Shown here: piece by piece, positions 1 to 8,855 of the stretch
Numbering within the stretch: the stretch's first letter is position 1
Layout: every line of letters begins with the position of its first letter
DNA from: Alphaproteobacteria bacterium
GTDB taxonomy: Bacteria; Pseudomonadota; Alphaproteobacteria; Bin95
NCBI GenBank assembly: GCA_022826185.1
Contig: JAJDVH010000011.1
Coordinates: forward strand, 1 to 58,673
Reading direction: 5' to 3'
DNA: 58,673 bases
Position numbers and translations under genes: made by a program
The notes under the pieces: generated by a model
What the model saw: the letters and a program-made list of their open reading frames with translations, nothing else
What the model was told of the DNA's origin: nothing
Databases searched by the model: none

Positions 1-86
1 CACAGAAAGCGCATCGACCGCCTCATCGCACACAACATCCCACCCCCAAAATGCAACAGCCAAACCGCCTTTCAATGGACCCAAAC

Positions 87-125
87 CTAAACCGGACAGC
101 CGTGGACTTGTTCCGGGCATGACGG
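87..125. repeat. REP/RPE-like element, copy 1 of an imperfect direct repeat
   Basis: CTAAACCGGACAGCCGTGGACTTGTTCCGGGCATGACGG closely matches 210-247. The CCGGGCATGACGG end resembles alphaproteobacterial REP-like palindromic elements. Confidence 0.6.
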
Positions 126-209
126 AGGGGAGCGTTCGGGCGCGACGAAAAGCGAGGGGACAGGAGACGTTGCGCGCGCCCAAAACTCCCGCTCGGCTTC
201 GCCCAATGG

Positions 210-247
210 CTAAACCGGGCAGCAGTGAATTTGTCCGGGCATGACGG
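210..247. repeat. REP/RPE-like element, copy 2
   Basis: CTAAACCGGGCAGCAGTGAATTTGTCCGGGCATGACGG, similar to 87-125. Confidence 0.6.
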
Positions 248-275
248 GAAGAGGGTCGGGGCGCCGGTTTCCCCC

Positions 276-1907
276 TCACGCGGTCGGCAGGACGTAGTCC
301 TTGAAGTCGTCGCGGAGCTTGGTCTTCAGCAGCTTGCCGGTGGCCGTGTGCGGCAGTTCGTCCACGAACACGACATCGTCCGGCTTCCACCAGCGCGCGA
401 TCTTGCCGTCGTACCAGTCGAGCAGGTCCGACTTTTCCAGCGCCGCGCCTTCTTCCCTGACGGCAATGAGCAGCGGGCGCTCGTCCCAGTGCGGGTGGGC
501 GACGGCGATGACGGCCGCCTCCACGACCGCGGGATGATCGACGGCGATGTTCTCCAGGTCGATGGAGCTGATCCACTCGCCGCCCGACTTGATGACATCC
601 TTGGTCCGGTCGGTGATGCGCATGTAGCCGTCGCCGTCGAGTGTGGCCACATCGCCGGTGGAGAACCAGCCGTCGGCGGTATGGGCATCCGACAGGTCCT
701 GCCGGTGGTAGGCGTTCGCGATCCAGTAGCCGCGCACCTGCAGGTCGCCGAAGGCCACGCCGTCACGGGCAAGCTCCCCGCCATCGTCGCCGACGATGCG
801 CATGTCCACGCCGAAGATCGGCCGGCCCTGCTTCTCGGCCAGGTCCAGCCAGGCGCTCTCATCGAGTTCCTCATGCTTGGCGAGCGGCGTGTTGACCGTG
901 CCGAGCGGCGACATCTCGGTCATGCCCCAGGCATGGCGGACGATGGCGCCGTAATCGCGCTTGAAGGTTTCGATCATCGAGCGGGGCACGGCCGAGCCGC
1001 CGATCACGACATTGGCAAGCGGCCGGATGTCCTTGCCCGAACGCTTGAGATAGTCGAGCAGCATCAGCCAGATCGTCGGCACGGCCGCCGTCATCGTCAC
1101 GCCTTCGCCGGTAATCAGCGCCTGGACGCTCTCGCCGTCGAGATGCGGCCCCGGCAGCACCAGCTTCGCGCCCGCCATGGTCGCCACGTAAGGGATGCCC
1201 CAGGCATTGGCGTGGAACATCGGGACCACCGGCATAACCGTATCGCGCGCCGAGATATTCATGCAGTCCGGCCCGATGGAGGCATAGCTGTGCAGGATGT
1301 TGCCGCGATGGCTGTAGAGCACGCCCTTGGGGTTGCCGGTCGTGCCCGATGTGTAGCAGAGCGAAGAGGCGGTCCGCTCGTCGAAGCTCGGCCAGGAGAA
1401 CACCGGGTCCTGCGCGGCGACCAGCGTGTCGTAGGACAGGAGGTCGAAATGCTCGCTCTCCGGCAGGCTCGCCTCGTCGCAAAGCACGACGACCGTCCGC
1501 ACGGTATCGGCGATCTCCGACGCGAAGCTCTCCAGCAACGGGACGAAGCCCGCCTCGACGAAGAGAACGCGGTCGTTGGCATGGTTGACGATATAGGCGA
1601 GCTGTTCGGCATAAAGGCGCGGGTTGATGGTGTGGCAAATGGCGCCGATCCCCGATACCGCGTAGTAGATCTCGAAATGCCGCCTCGTGTTCCAGGCCAG
1701 GGTGCCGACCGTGTCGCCGAAGCCGATGCCGAGCTCGCCGAGCGCATTGGCGAGCCGCTTCGCTTCGGCCTGGGCGTCGGCGTAGCTGTAGCGGTGCAGG
1801 CCGCCCTCGACATTGTGGGTCACGATCTCCGTCCCGCCGTGATATTCGGCGGCGAAATCGATCAGGGACGAGATCAGCATGGGCCGGTCCATGATCAAGC
1901 CGTGCAT
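276..1907 (-). CDS. Fatty acid--CoA ligase (AlkK/DmdB-like, AMP-binding)
   Basis: Motifs LCYTSGTTGNPKG, HAWGMTE, GWFSTGD, DRTKDVIKSGGEWISS and ELPHTATGK. Start moved to MHGLIMDRP, which has a GGAGG RBS upstream. Confidence 0.9.
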   Translation of the reverse strand: MHGLIMDRPMLISSLIDFAAEYHGGTEIVTHNVEGGLHRYSYADAQAEAKRLANALGELGIGFGDTVGTLAWNTRRHFEIYYAVSGIGAICHTINPRLYAEQLAYIVNHANDRVLFVEAGFVPLLESFASEIADTVRTVVVLCDEASLPESEHFDLLSYDTLVAAQDPVFSWPSFDERTASSLCYTSGTTGNPKGVLYSHRGNILHSYASIGPDCMNISARDTVMPVVPMFHANAWGIPYVATMAGAKLVLPGPHLDGESVQALITGEGVTMTAAVPTIWLMLLDYLKRSGKDIRPLANVVIGGSAVPRSMIETFKRDYGAIVRHAWGMTEMSPLGTVNTPLAKHEELDESAWLDLAEKQGRPIFGVDMRIVGDDGGELARDGVAFGDLQVRGYWIANAYHRQDLSDAHTADGWFSTGDVATLDGDGYMRITDRTKDVIKSGGEWISSIDLENIAVDHPAVVEAAVIAVAHPHWDERPLLIAVREEGAALEKSDLLDWYDGKIARWWKPDDVVFVDELPHTATGKLLKTKLRDDFKDYVLPTA

Positions 1908-1980
1908 CGGTGCTATTCCTCCAGCAGACATGCGCCGTCCGCATTTATAGCGGCAGCCGGCGGCGAACGGGAGCGATGCA

Positions 1981-2946
1981 ATGCCCCTGCTTGAGGTGGA
2001 GAACCTCCGGGTCGAGTTTCCGACCAGGCGCGGCGTGCTGGTCGCCGTGGACGACATCTCGTTCGCGATAGAGGAGGGCGAGGTGCTGGGCGTGGTCGGC
2101 GAGTCGGGCGCCGGCAAGTCGCTCACCGGCATGTCGATCATCGGCCTGCTGGAGCCGCCGGGACGGATCGCGGCGGGGCGCGTCCGCCTGGCAGGGCAGC
2201 GCATCGACAACCTGGCGCCGGAAGCGATGCGGCGCGTGCGCGGCAAGCAGATCGGCGCCGTCTTCCAGGACCCGCTGACGAGCCTCAACCCGCTCTACAC
2301 CGTCGGCCGCCAGCTGACGGAGACGATTTCGACCCATCTCGACTTGGGCGAGCGGCCGGCGCGGGCCCGCGCGCTCGACTTGCTGTCCGAGGTCGGCATC
2401 CCGGCCCCCGACCGGCGCATCGACAGCTATCCGCACGAGTTTTCCGGCGGCATGCGCCAGCGCGTGGTGATCGCGCTTGCGCTGGCGGCCAATCCGCGCC
2501 TCGTCATCGCCGACGAGCCCACGACCGCTCTCGATGTGTCGATCCAGGCGCAGATCATCGCGCTGCTGAAGCGCCTCTGCCGCGAGCATGGCACGGCGGT
2601 CATGCTGGTGACGCACGATATGGGCGTGATCGCGGAGACCGCCGACCGGGTGGCGGTGATGTATGCCGGACGCATCGCTGAGATCGGCCCGGTGCGCGAC
2701 GTCATCCAGGCGCCGCGGCACCCCTATACCGAGGGCCTGATGGGCTCGATCCCGAGCATGGCCGAGCGCCGGGACCGGCTGGTCCAGATCGAGGGCGCGA
2801 TGCCGCGCCTGACCGAAATCCCGCCCGGCTGCGCCTTCGGCCCCCGCTGCCCGAAGGTCTTTGCGCGCTGCGCCGGCGAACGCCCGGACCTGCTGGCGAC
2901 AAAAGGCCCCAGCCGCGCCGCATGCTGGCTTTACGACGGCGGGTGA
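1981..2946 (+). CDS. Dipeptide/oligopeptide ABC transporter ATP-binding protein (DppD/OppD-like)
   Basis: Walker A GESGAGKS, signature FSGGMRQR, Walker B IADEPTTALD, HPYT motif and C-terminal Cys cluster (GCAFGPRC...C...AACW). Confidence 0.93.
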   Translation: MPLLEVENLRVEFPTRRGVLVAVDDISFAIEEGEVLGVVGESGAGKSLTGMSIIGLLEPPGRIAAGRVRLAGQRIDNLAPEAMRRVRGKQIGAVFQDPLTSLNPLYTVGRQLTETISTHLDLGERPARARALDLLSEVGIPAPDRRIDSYPHEFSGGMRQRVVIALALAANPRLVIADEPTTALDVSIQAQIIALLKRLCREHGTAVMLVTHDMGVIAETADRVAVMYAGRIAEIGPVRDVIQAPRHPYTEGLMGSIPSMAERRDRLVQIEGAMPRLTEIPPGCAFGPRCPKVFARCAGERPDLLATKGPSRAACWLYDGG

Positions 2947-3130
2947 GGTACCGACCGTCCGGGACGGCCGGCAGGATTGTGGAGAGAGCTGCTTTCTCAC
3001 CGTCGGTTTTCTCGATGGCGGGATAGTGATTCTTGTCCGGACACCGCGGCGGACTGCGCAGCGGATAATCAGCATGAGGAAGGCCAATGAACGGGAACGA
3101 CGACTCTACGGCCCGAGACTTCGACCCTGA
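2945..3130 (+). pseudogene. BrnT toxin remnant (C-terminal half only)
   Basis: Reads DGRQDCGESCFLTVGFLDGGIVILVRTPRRTAQRIISMRKANERERRLY, with the BrnT-type RIIS.R.A...E motif. No N-terminal FEWD/KHG part and no start codon. Confidence 0.75.
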
Positions 3131-3227
3131 CACGGCTCCCGACCTGTCGAAAGGCAGGTGGCCGGAGAAGTTCGCCAAAGCAAGGGTCAGGCGCGGAAGT
3201 GATTCGGGAGCGGCGCGGAATCCATGA
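3087..3227 (+). pseudogene. BrnA antitoxin remnant (N-terminal part only)
   Basis: 46-aa ORF MNGNDDSTARDFDPDTAPDLSKGRWPEKFAKARVRRG... overlapping the brnT remnant. It stops before the C-terminal DNA-binding (IRL...G.QTR) region. Confidence 0.65.
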
Positions 3228-3286
3228 CAATGGGCGGAATTCCGGGCTAGGTTCCGCACCGCAAACAATCCCGAGAGGCTCCGAGG

Positions 3287-4861
3287 ATGCGACTCCGAAC
3301 TGCAGCGGCGGCGCTTGCCGCAACCATGGCCCTGGCGATGCCCGCCGGCGCCAAGACCTTCACCTGGTCGTTCCAGGGCGACGCGCAGGCGCTCGACCCC
3401 TATGTGCTGAACGAAACCTTCACGCTCGGCCTGCTCGGCAATGTCTATGAAGGACTGATACGCCGGGGCCCCGACCTCCAGATCGAGCCCGCGCTCGCGG
3501 AACGCTGGGAGATCGTGGAGCCGAACCGGTGGCGCTTCTATCTCAGGCAGGGCGTCGTGTTCCACAACGGCAACCCGTTCAATGCCGACGACGTGGTCTT
3601 TTCCGCCGACCGCGTGCGCGCCGAGGGATCCGACCTGACGACCCGCATCGCCAAGAGCGTCAAGGTCGAGAAGGTCGATGACTACACGGTCGATTTCGTG
3701 ACCGACGGCCCCAACCCGATCCTGCATTCGGAATGGGCGACCTGGTACATCATGGACAAGGAGTGGGCGGAAGCGAACAACGCCGCCTCGCCGACCTCGC
3801 TCGCCGAAGGCACGGACAATTTCGCCGCCTTCAACGCCAATGGCACCGGCCCCTTCAAGGTCGTCAAGCGCGAAACCGACGTGGAGACGGTGCTGGAGCC
3901 GCATGATGGCTGGTGGGACACGCCGAAGCACAACCTGACGCGCGTCGTGTTCAAGCCGATCGGCTCCGATGCGACCCGCGTCGCCGCGCTGCTCTCCGGC
4001 GAGATCGACATGGCCTATCCCGTGCCGGTGCAGGACATCAAGCGCGTGGACGGCAATGACGGCACCTCGGTGCTGATAGGCCCGGAACTGCGCACGATCT
4101 TCCTCGGCCTCGACATCGCCCGCGACGAGCTTCTCTATTCGAGCGTCAAGGGAGCCAACCCGTTCAAGGATGTGCGGGTGCGGCAGGCCTTCTATCACGC
4201 GATCAATATCGACGCGATCCGCAAGAAGGTCATGCGCCGCCTGTCCGATCCTTCGGCGCTGATGATCTCGCCGAAGCTCTTCCCGCATGCGCCCGGCATC
4301 GAGCGCCTCGCCTACGATCCGGACAAGGCGAAATCGCTGCTGGCCGAAGCGGGTTACGCCGAGGGCTTCGAGGTCGGCATGAACTGCCCCAACAACCGCT
4401 ATGTCAATGACGAGCAGATCTGCATCGCCATTACCTCGATGCTCGCCAAGGTCGGCATCGAGGTGAACCTGGTGGCGGAGCCGAAGGCGCTGTTCTTCAA
4501 GAAGATCCTGGGGCCGAATTACGACACCAGCTTCTTCCTGCTCGGCTGGACGCCCGGTTCGTTCGACAGCTGGAACGTGCTCTACAACCTGCTGAATTGC
4601 CGGGAGGATACCGGGCGCGGCAAGTTCAATGTCGGCGGCTACTGCAACAAGGAAGTCGATGCGCTGACCGACAGGATCAAGGTCTCGACCGACGAGGCGG
4701 AGCGCAACGCCATGATCGCGAAGGCCTACGAGATCGCCGCGTCGGAAGTCGGGACGATTCCGCTGCACCAGCAGGGACTTGCGTGGGGCAAGAGCGATGC
4801 CGTCGAGCTCGCCCAGCGGGCCGACAACCAGTTCATGCTCTACTATGTGGTGAAGAACTGA
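3287..4861 (+). CDS. ABC transporter substrate-binding protein, family 5 (DppA-like)
   Basis: Signal peptide, LDP, LAERWE, LRQGVVFHNG...ADDVVFS, GTGPF and VRVRQA motifs. Confidence 0.93.
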   Translation: MRLRTAAAALAATMALAMPAGAKTFTWSFQGDAQALDPYVLNETFTLGLLGNVYEGLIRRGPDLQIEPALAERWEIVEPNRWRFYLRQGVVFHNGNPFNADDVVFSADRVRAEGSDLTTRIAKSVKVEKVDDYTVDFVTDGPNPILHSEWATWYIMDKEWAEANNAASPTSLAEGTDNFAAFNANGTGPFKVVKRETDVETVLEPHDGWWDTPKHNLTRVVFKPIGSDATRVAALLSGEIDMAYPVPVQDIKRVDGNDGTSVLIGPELRTIFLGLDIARDELLYSSVKGANPFKDVRVRQAFYHAINIDAIRKKVMRRLSDPSALMISPKLFPHAPGIERLAYDPDKAKSLLAEAGYAEGFEVGMNCPNNRYVNDEQICIAITSMLAKVGIEVNLVAEPKALFFKKILGPNYDTSFFLLGWTPGSFDSWNVLYNLLNCREDTGRGKFNVGGYCNKEVDALTDRIKVSTDEAERNAMIAKAYEIAASEVGTIPLHQQGLAWGKSDAVELAQRADNQFMLYYVVKN

Positions 4862-4870
4862 CGACCGGCG

Positions 4871-4903
4871 GGGGAGGGCGGGGCCTTGCCGCCGGCCCTC
4901 CCC
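4871..4903 (+). terminator. GC-rich hairpin after the SBP gene (terminator or mRNA stabiliser)
   Basis: GGGGAGGGC...GCCCTCCCC inverted repeat 10 bp after the stop. No U-tract. Confidence 0.45.
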
Positions 4904-4923
4904 ATGCCCAGATGGGCCCTGCC

Positions 4924-5352
4924 ATGACGGACGCGCTTTTCAGGCTCTATACGCGCGACATCCTCCGCCTTGCCGGGTCGATTTCCCGGGTGGGGACCCT
5001 GGATGACGCGGACGGAGCGGCGACGCGCACCAGCCGGCTCTGCGGCAGCTCGATGACCGTCGAGATTGCGGTCGCGGACGGCCGCATCGCGGACTATGCG
5101 CAGCGCATCCGGGCCTGCGCCTTCGGCCAGGCCTCGGCGGCGCTCTTCGCGGAAGCGGCTCCCGGCCGCAGCGCGGCGGAGGTCGAGGCGGGACGCGCCC
5201 GGATCGAGGCTTTCCTGAAGGGCGGGGCGGCGCCGGAGGGCATCTGGAGCGCGTTCGAGCGCCTTGAACCTGTGCGCGAAGTGACGGCGCGGCACGGCGC
5301 GGTATTGCTGCCTTTCGAAACGACCCTGGCGGCGCTTCAGGCCGCGGCGTAG
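4924..5352 (+). CDS. NifU/IscU N-terminal-like Fe-S scaffold family protein
   Basis: LYTRDILRLA, SRLCGS, RACAFGQASA and RHGAVLLPF motifs. Confidence 0.8.
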   Translation: MTDALFRLYTRDILRLAGSISRVGTLDDADGAATRTSRLCGSSMTVEIAVADGRIADYAQRIRACAFGQASAALFAEAAPGRSAAEVEAGRARIEAFLKGGAAPEGIWSAFERLEPVREVTARHGAVLLPFETTLAALQAAA

Positions 5353-6485
5353 CGGTTCACCGTGGTTTCGAAATGGGCGACGGCCGGTTCGTTGCGGCCG
5401 ATGGTGACATGCGCGTTGACCCCGGCGGCGAACCCCGCCTGGATCGTCTCGCCGGTCGGAAAGTCCTCCTCGATCACGGTACGCACCGCCAGATCGACAT
5501 TCCTGTCCCAGTGGATGCGCGCCTTCTCGCTGCGCGCCGGCTCCGGGATGTAGAAGTCGAAAAACACGGTGGATTCGCCCGCTTCGCCGCCCCTTTTGGG
5601 GAAGCAGCGCCAGACCTCCATATGGTCCTTCTGGACGATGAAGGCGGTGTTCGGGAAAAACACATAGACGAGCGCGGAGTTGTCCACGAGGTCCCAGTCC
5701 TCCGGCGGCTTCTCGCGCATGTCGCGCAGGCCGTGCCGGGGCAGGACCTCGCGAAGGTGGGGGCCGAAGCCGTCATAAAGGCAGAGGTTGCCGATGAAGA
5801 TCGGGCCGACGGTGTTCTTGTGCAGGAACGGAAAGTGGTACGGCTCCAGAAAGGTATCGACGGCGATCTTCCAGTTCATCGCGAAGTCGAAACGCCGGCT
5901 GGAGTAGGGCGTCCAGCCACCCAGCCCGTACGGCGTGAACTCGGCGCTCATGCCTTCGAGCAGACTGTCGACGTCGAACGCCTCGCCCGGCGTCGCCTGA
6001 ACGAAGACCATCCCGCGCTCTTCCGCCACCGGCACTGCCGCCAGGCGATGGTCGGCCCGCTCGACACCGGGAAAATTGCGTTCGTCCGGCAACCCGATCA
6101 GGCGTCCGTCGAGGTCGTAGGTCCAGCCGTGGTAAGGGCAGGTGAACGAGGCGGCGCCGCAGCCGCGGCCCTCGGCCAGTTTCGCTCCCCGGTGGCGGCA
6201 GACATTGGCGAACGCCCTGAGCCGCCCGTCGCGGCCCCGGACAATCAGAACCGGAATGCCGGTCTCGTCGCTCGTGATCCAGTCGCCGGGCTCCGGCAGC
6301 AGGCCCGAAAGGCCGACGAAAAGCGGGCGGCGCTGGAACAGCTCGCGCGACTCCCGCGCGGCGCGTTCGGGGCAGGTATAGGCGTCGACCGGTTGCCGGA
6401 CGACCTCGGGCCACACATCCGTCGTTCCCGCATCGAGATGGGCGAACAGCCGCCGGGACAGTTCCTGTTGAAGCTCAGCCTGCAT
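5337..6485 (-). CDS. Rieske aromatic ring-hydroxylating oxygenase alpha subunit
   Basis: Rieske motif CRHRG...CPYHGW, mononuclear iron motif EPYHFPFLH, and a late EED. Confidence 0.9.
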   Translation of the reverse strand: MQAELQQELSRRLFAHLDAGTTDVWPEVVRQPVDAYTCPERAARESRELFQRRPLFVGLSGLLPEPGDWITSDETGIPVLIVRGRDGRLRAFANVCRHRGAKLAEGRGCGAASFTCPYHGWTYDLDGRLIGLPDERNFPGVERADHRLAAVPVAEERGMVFVQATPGEAFDVDSLLEGMSAEFTPYGLGGWTPYSSRRFDFAMNWKIAVDTFLEPYHFPFLHKNTVGPIFIGNLCLYDGFGPHLREVLPRHGLRDMREKPPEDWDLVDNSALVYVFFPNTAFIVQKDHMEVWRCFPKRGGEAGESTVFFDFYIPEPARSEKARIHWDRNVDLAVRTVIEEDFPTGETIQAGFAAGVNAHVTIGRNEPAVAHFETTVNRYAAA

Positions 6486-8085
6486 CCCGTTCTTCCCGTT
6501 TGGCGCGCTCCCACAGGCGGTCCAGCGCGGATAGCGGCGCGGTCTTCATCGCCAGGCCCTGCTCTTGCGCCAGGGCTTCGACCCGGCGGAAGCGTTTCTC
6601 GAACCGGGCATTCGCGTCCCGCAGTGCCGTTTCCGGCGCGACATCGAGCTTACGCGCGAGATTGACGGCCGAAAAGAGCAAGTCGCCAAGCTCGGCCGGA
6701 ATGTCGGCGTCGGGCGCCGCCAGTTCGGCAAGCTCTTCGCGAACCTTGTCAAAGACGGGCGCGGCCGTCGGCCAGTCGAAGCCGACACGCGCCGCGCGGC
6801 GTTGCAGCTTCTCGGCGCGCAGAAGCGCGGGCAGGGCGGCGGGCACGTCGTCGAGGGCGCTCGCGCGTGCGTTTCCGCGCGCTGCCGCCTTTCGCTGCCG
6901 CTCCCGCTCTTTATGAGCTTCCCAATTGGCGATCTGCTGATTTGCGTCGGCAGCGTTGTCGCCGCCGAAGACATGGGGATGGCGCGCGATCATCTTGGCT
7001 GCGATCGCGTTGACGACATCGGTGAAGGCGAACGCGCCGCGTTCCTCGGCCATGCGGGCATGAAACACGACCTGGAGGAGCAGGTCGCCAAGCTCGTCCC
7101 GCAATGCCTCCAGGTCGCCGGACCGAATTGCATCTTCGACCTCGTAGGCTTCCTCAACCGTGTAGGGCGCAATGGTCTCGAAGCTCTGCTCGATATCCCA
7201 GGGACAGCCGATGCTCGGCGCCCGAAGGGTGGCCATGATTTCGAGAAGGGAATCAACAGGTTGCGATCTCGTAATCGCATAATGTATATTATGGGAAATT
7301 ATGGCCGGTGCATTCGGGGTTATCTGAAGGGTCATGCCGTCGATGCCGGGCTCGACGCCCTCCGGCAGCTCGGCAACCAGCGTCCGGTAATCCATAAAGT
7401 GGTTGAGATGCGTGAGCACCACACGCCTGGGTCCGAGTCGTTCCACCCATTCAAGAACGACCGGCAGGAAAGCATGGTTTCCACTTGGGAAATCCGCATG
7501 GCCTGCCCCGACGATCCAGGTCTCCACGCCCGCCAGCGCCGCGAATGCGGCTTCATCGAGATGTGAAACGTCGGTGCTGTAAGCGAAAGACCCGATTCTG
7601 AGCCCCGTGGACCGGCCCTGCCCGTGTTGCTGCTCGAATGTGCGGAACGAAATGCCGGCGACCTCGAAGCAGTTCTCCACCGGCCGCGCATTCACGCACG
7701 GCCTGAAATATGGCGGCCCGTCAACGGGTTCCCGGAAAGCGTATGGAAACCGCTGCCGGATCCGGTCCAGCACTTCCGCGCGCCCGTACACATCGATGGG
7801 GCCACCGCGCTCGGTGCAGAGCGACTTCAGGTCGTCTATACCGTGAATATGGTCGGCATGCGCATGCGTGTAGATGACAGCATCCAGCCGGCCGCCACCG
7901 ACGGAAAGCCACTGAACGCGGAAATCGGGTCCGGTATCGACGACGATTCGTGCGCCGTTCGCCTCGATCAGGATCGAAGGCCGCAAGCGGCGATTCCGCG
8001 GATCGTCCCGATCGCAAGCGCCCCAGTCACCGCTTGCGATCGGGACGCCGGCCGAGCCGCCGCAGCCGAGGACGGTTACGCGCAA
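6475..8085 (-). CDS. mazG: In-frame fusion of a PhnP-like MBL-fold hydrolase and the nucleoside triphosphate pyrophosphohydrolase MazG
   Basis: N-half: LGCGGSAGVP, THAHADHIHGIDD, AYSTD, LTHLNH. C-half: GCPWD, EEAYEV, DELGDLLLQVVFH, RHPHVF, GFDW, ELGDLLF. No stop codon between them. An internal MazG start (IMATLR) is possible. Confidence 0.85.
   Translation of the reverse strand: MRVTVLGCGGSAGVPIASGDWGACDRDDPRNRRLRPSILIEANGARIVVDTGPDFRVQWLSVGGGRLDAVIYTHAHADHIHGIDDLKSLCTERGGPIDVYGRAEVLDRIRQRFPYAFREPVDGPPYFRPCVNARPVENCFEVAGISFRTFEQQHGQGRSTGLRIGSFAYSTDVSHLDEAAFAALAGVETWIVGAGHADFPSGNHAFLPVVLEWVERLGPRRVVLTHLNHFMDYRTLVAELPEGVEPGIDGMTLQITPNAPAIISHNIHYAITRSQPVDSLLEIMATLRAPSIGCPWDIEQSFETIAPYTVEEAYEVEDAIRSGDLEALRDELGDLLLQVVFHARMAEERGAFAFTDVVNAIAAKMIARHPHVFGGDNAADANQQIANWEAHKERERQRKAAARGNARASALDDVPAALPALLRAEKLQRRAARVGFDWPTAAPVFDKVREELAELAAPDADIPAELGDLLFSAVNLARKLDVAPETALRDANARFEKRFRRVEALAQEQGLAMKTAPLSALDRLWERAKREERDAG
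7272..7299 (+). other. dif site (XerC/XerD chromosome dimer resolution site)
   Basis: TAATCGCATAA-TGTATA-TTATGGGAAAT versus E. coli dif GGTGCGCATAA-TGTATA-TTATGTTAAAT; the core CGCATAATGTATATTATG is identical. It is an AT-rich island in GC-rich DNA. Confidence 0.88.
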
Positions 8086-8855
8086 GTTTGCGCTTTCTTG
8101 AACAAACGGAAGAAATTATCCGTGCTCTCTGTTGCAAACGCTTCGTCGGAAACGCCCTTCAGCCCCGCCGTAACGGCCGCAGTATGGACAACATAGGCAG
8201 GCTCGTTGCGCTTGCCCCGCATCGGCACCGGAGCCAGGAATGGAGCGTCTGTCTCGACCAGAAGCCGGTCGAGCGGCACGTCCGCCGCGATCTCGCGCAA
8301 GGCTGCGGAATTACGGAAGGTCACAATCCCGGAAAACGAAATATAGAGCCCTAGCTCCAATGCCTTGTCTGCCAGCGCCTGGCCGCTGCTGAAACAGTGC
8401 ATGACGCCGGGAACCTGCCCTGCCGCTTCCTCCTCCAGAATCGACGCCGTGTCGGCGTCGGCATTGCGGCTGTGCACGATAAACGGCAGTTCAGCCTTTG
8501 CGGCGGCGCGGATATGGCGGCGGAAACTCTCCTGCTGGAGGTCACGCGGACTGCGGTCATAGTGGTAGTCGAGACCGGTCTCGCCGAGACCTACCACCTT
8601 CGGATGACTGGCCAGGGCCACGAGATCGCCCTCTTCCGGCATGCCCTCGGCGGCCACATGGTGCGGATGAAGCCCGATTGCGCAGAACACGCCCTCATGG
8701 CGCTCCGCCAAGGCAATCACGGCTTCCGCTTGTCGGGGCCGCGTACAGATCGTGACCATGCAGCCGACGCCGGCTTCCCGCGCGCGCTCCACCAGGGAAT
8801 CCACCTCGCCCTCGAAATCCGGGAAGTCGAGATGGCAATGACTGTCGACGAGCAT
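8076..8855 (-). CDS. tatD: TatD family hydrolase/DNase
   Basis: DSHCHLD, GLHPH, GETGLDYHY, HSR, HCFS and ETDAPFLAP motifs. Confidence 0.93.
   Translation of the reverse strand: MLVDSHCHLDFPDFEGEVDSLVERAREAGVGCMVTICTRPRQAEAVIALAERHEGVFCAIGLHPHHVAAEGMPEEGDLVALASHPKVVGLGETGLDYHYDRSPRDLQQESFRRHIRAAAKAELPFIVHSRNADADTASILEEEAAGQVPGVMHCFSSGQALADKALELGLYISFSGIVTFRNSAALREIAADVPLDRLLVETDAPFLAPVPMRGKRNEPAYVVHTAAVTAGLKGVSDEAFATESTDNFFRLFKKAQTCA

Noticed and set aside
225-1994. Long antisense or alternate-frame ORFs (also 2702-4768, 30928-33075, 48466-51069, 53904-56402)
   Set aside because: Shadow ORFs of high-GC genes. They have no family motifs and overlap well-supported CDSs.
2947-3286. Riboswitch (glycine-like GGAGAG) upstream of the SBP
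   Set aside because: The other conserved aptamer motifs are missing, and the region is better explained as a brnT-brnA remnant.
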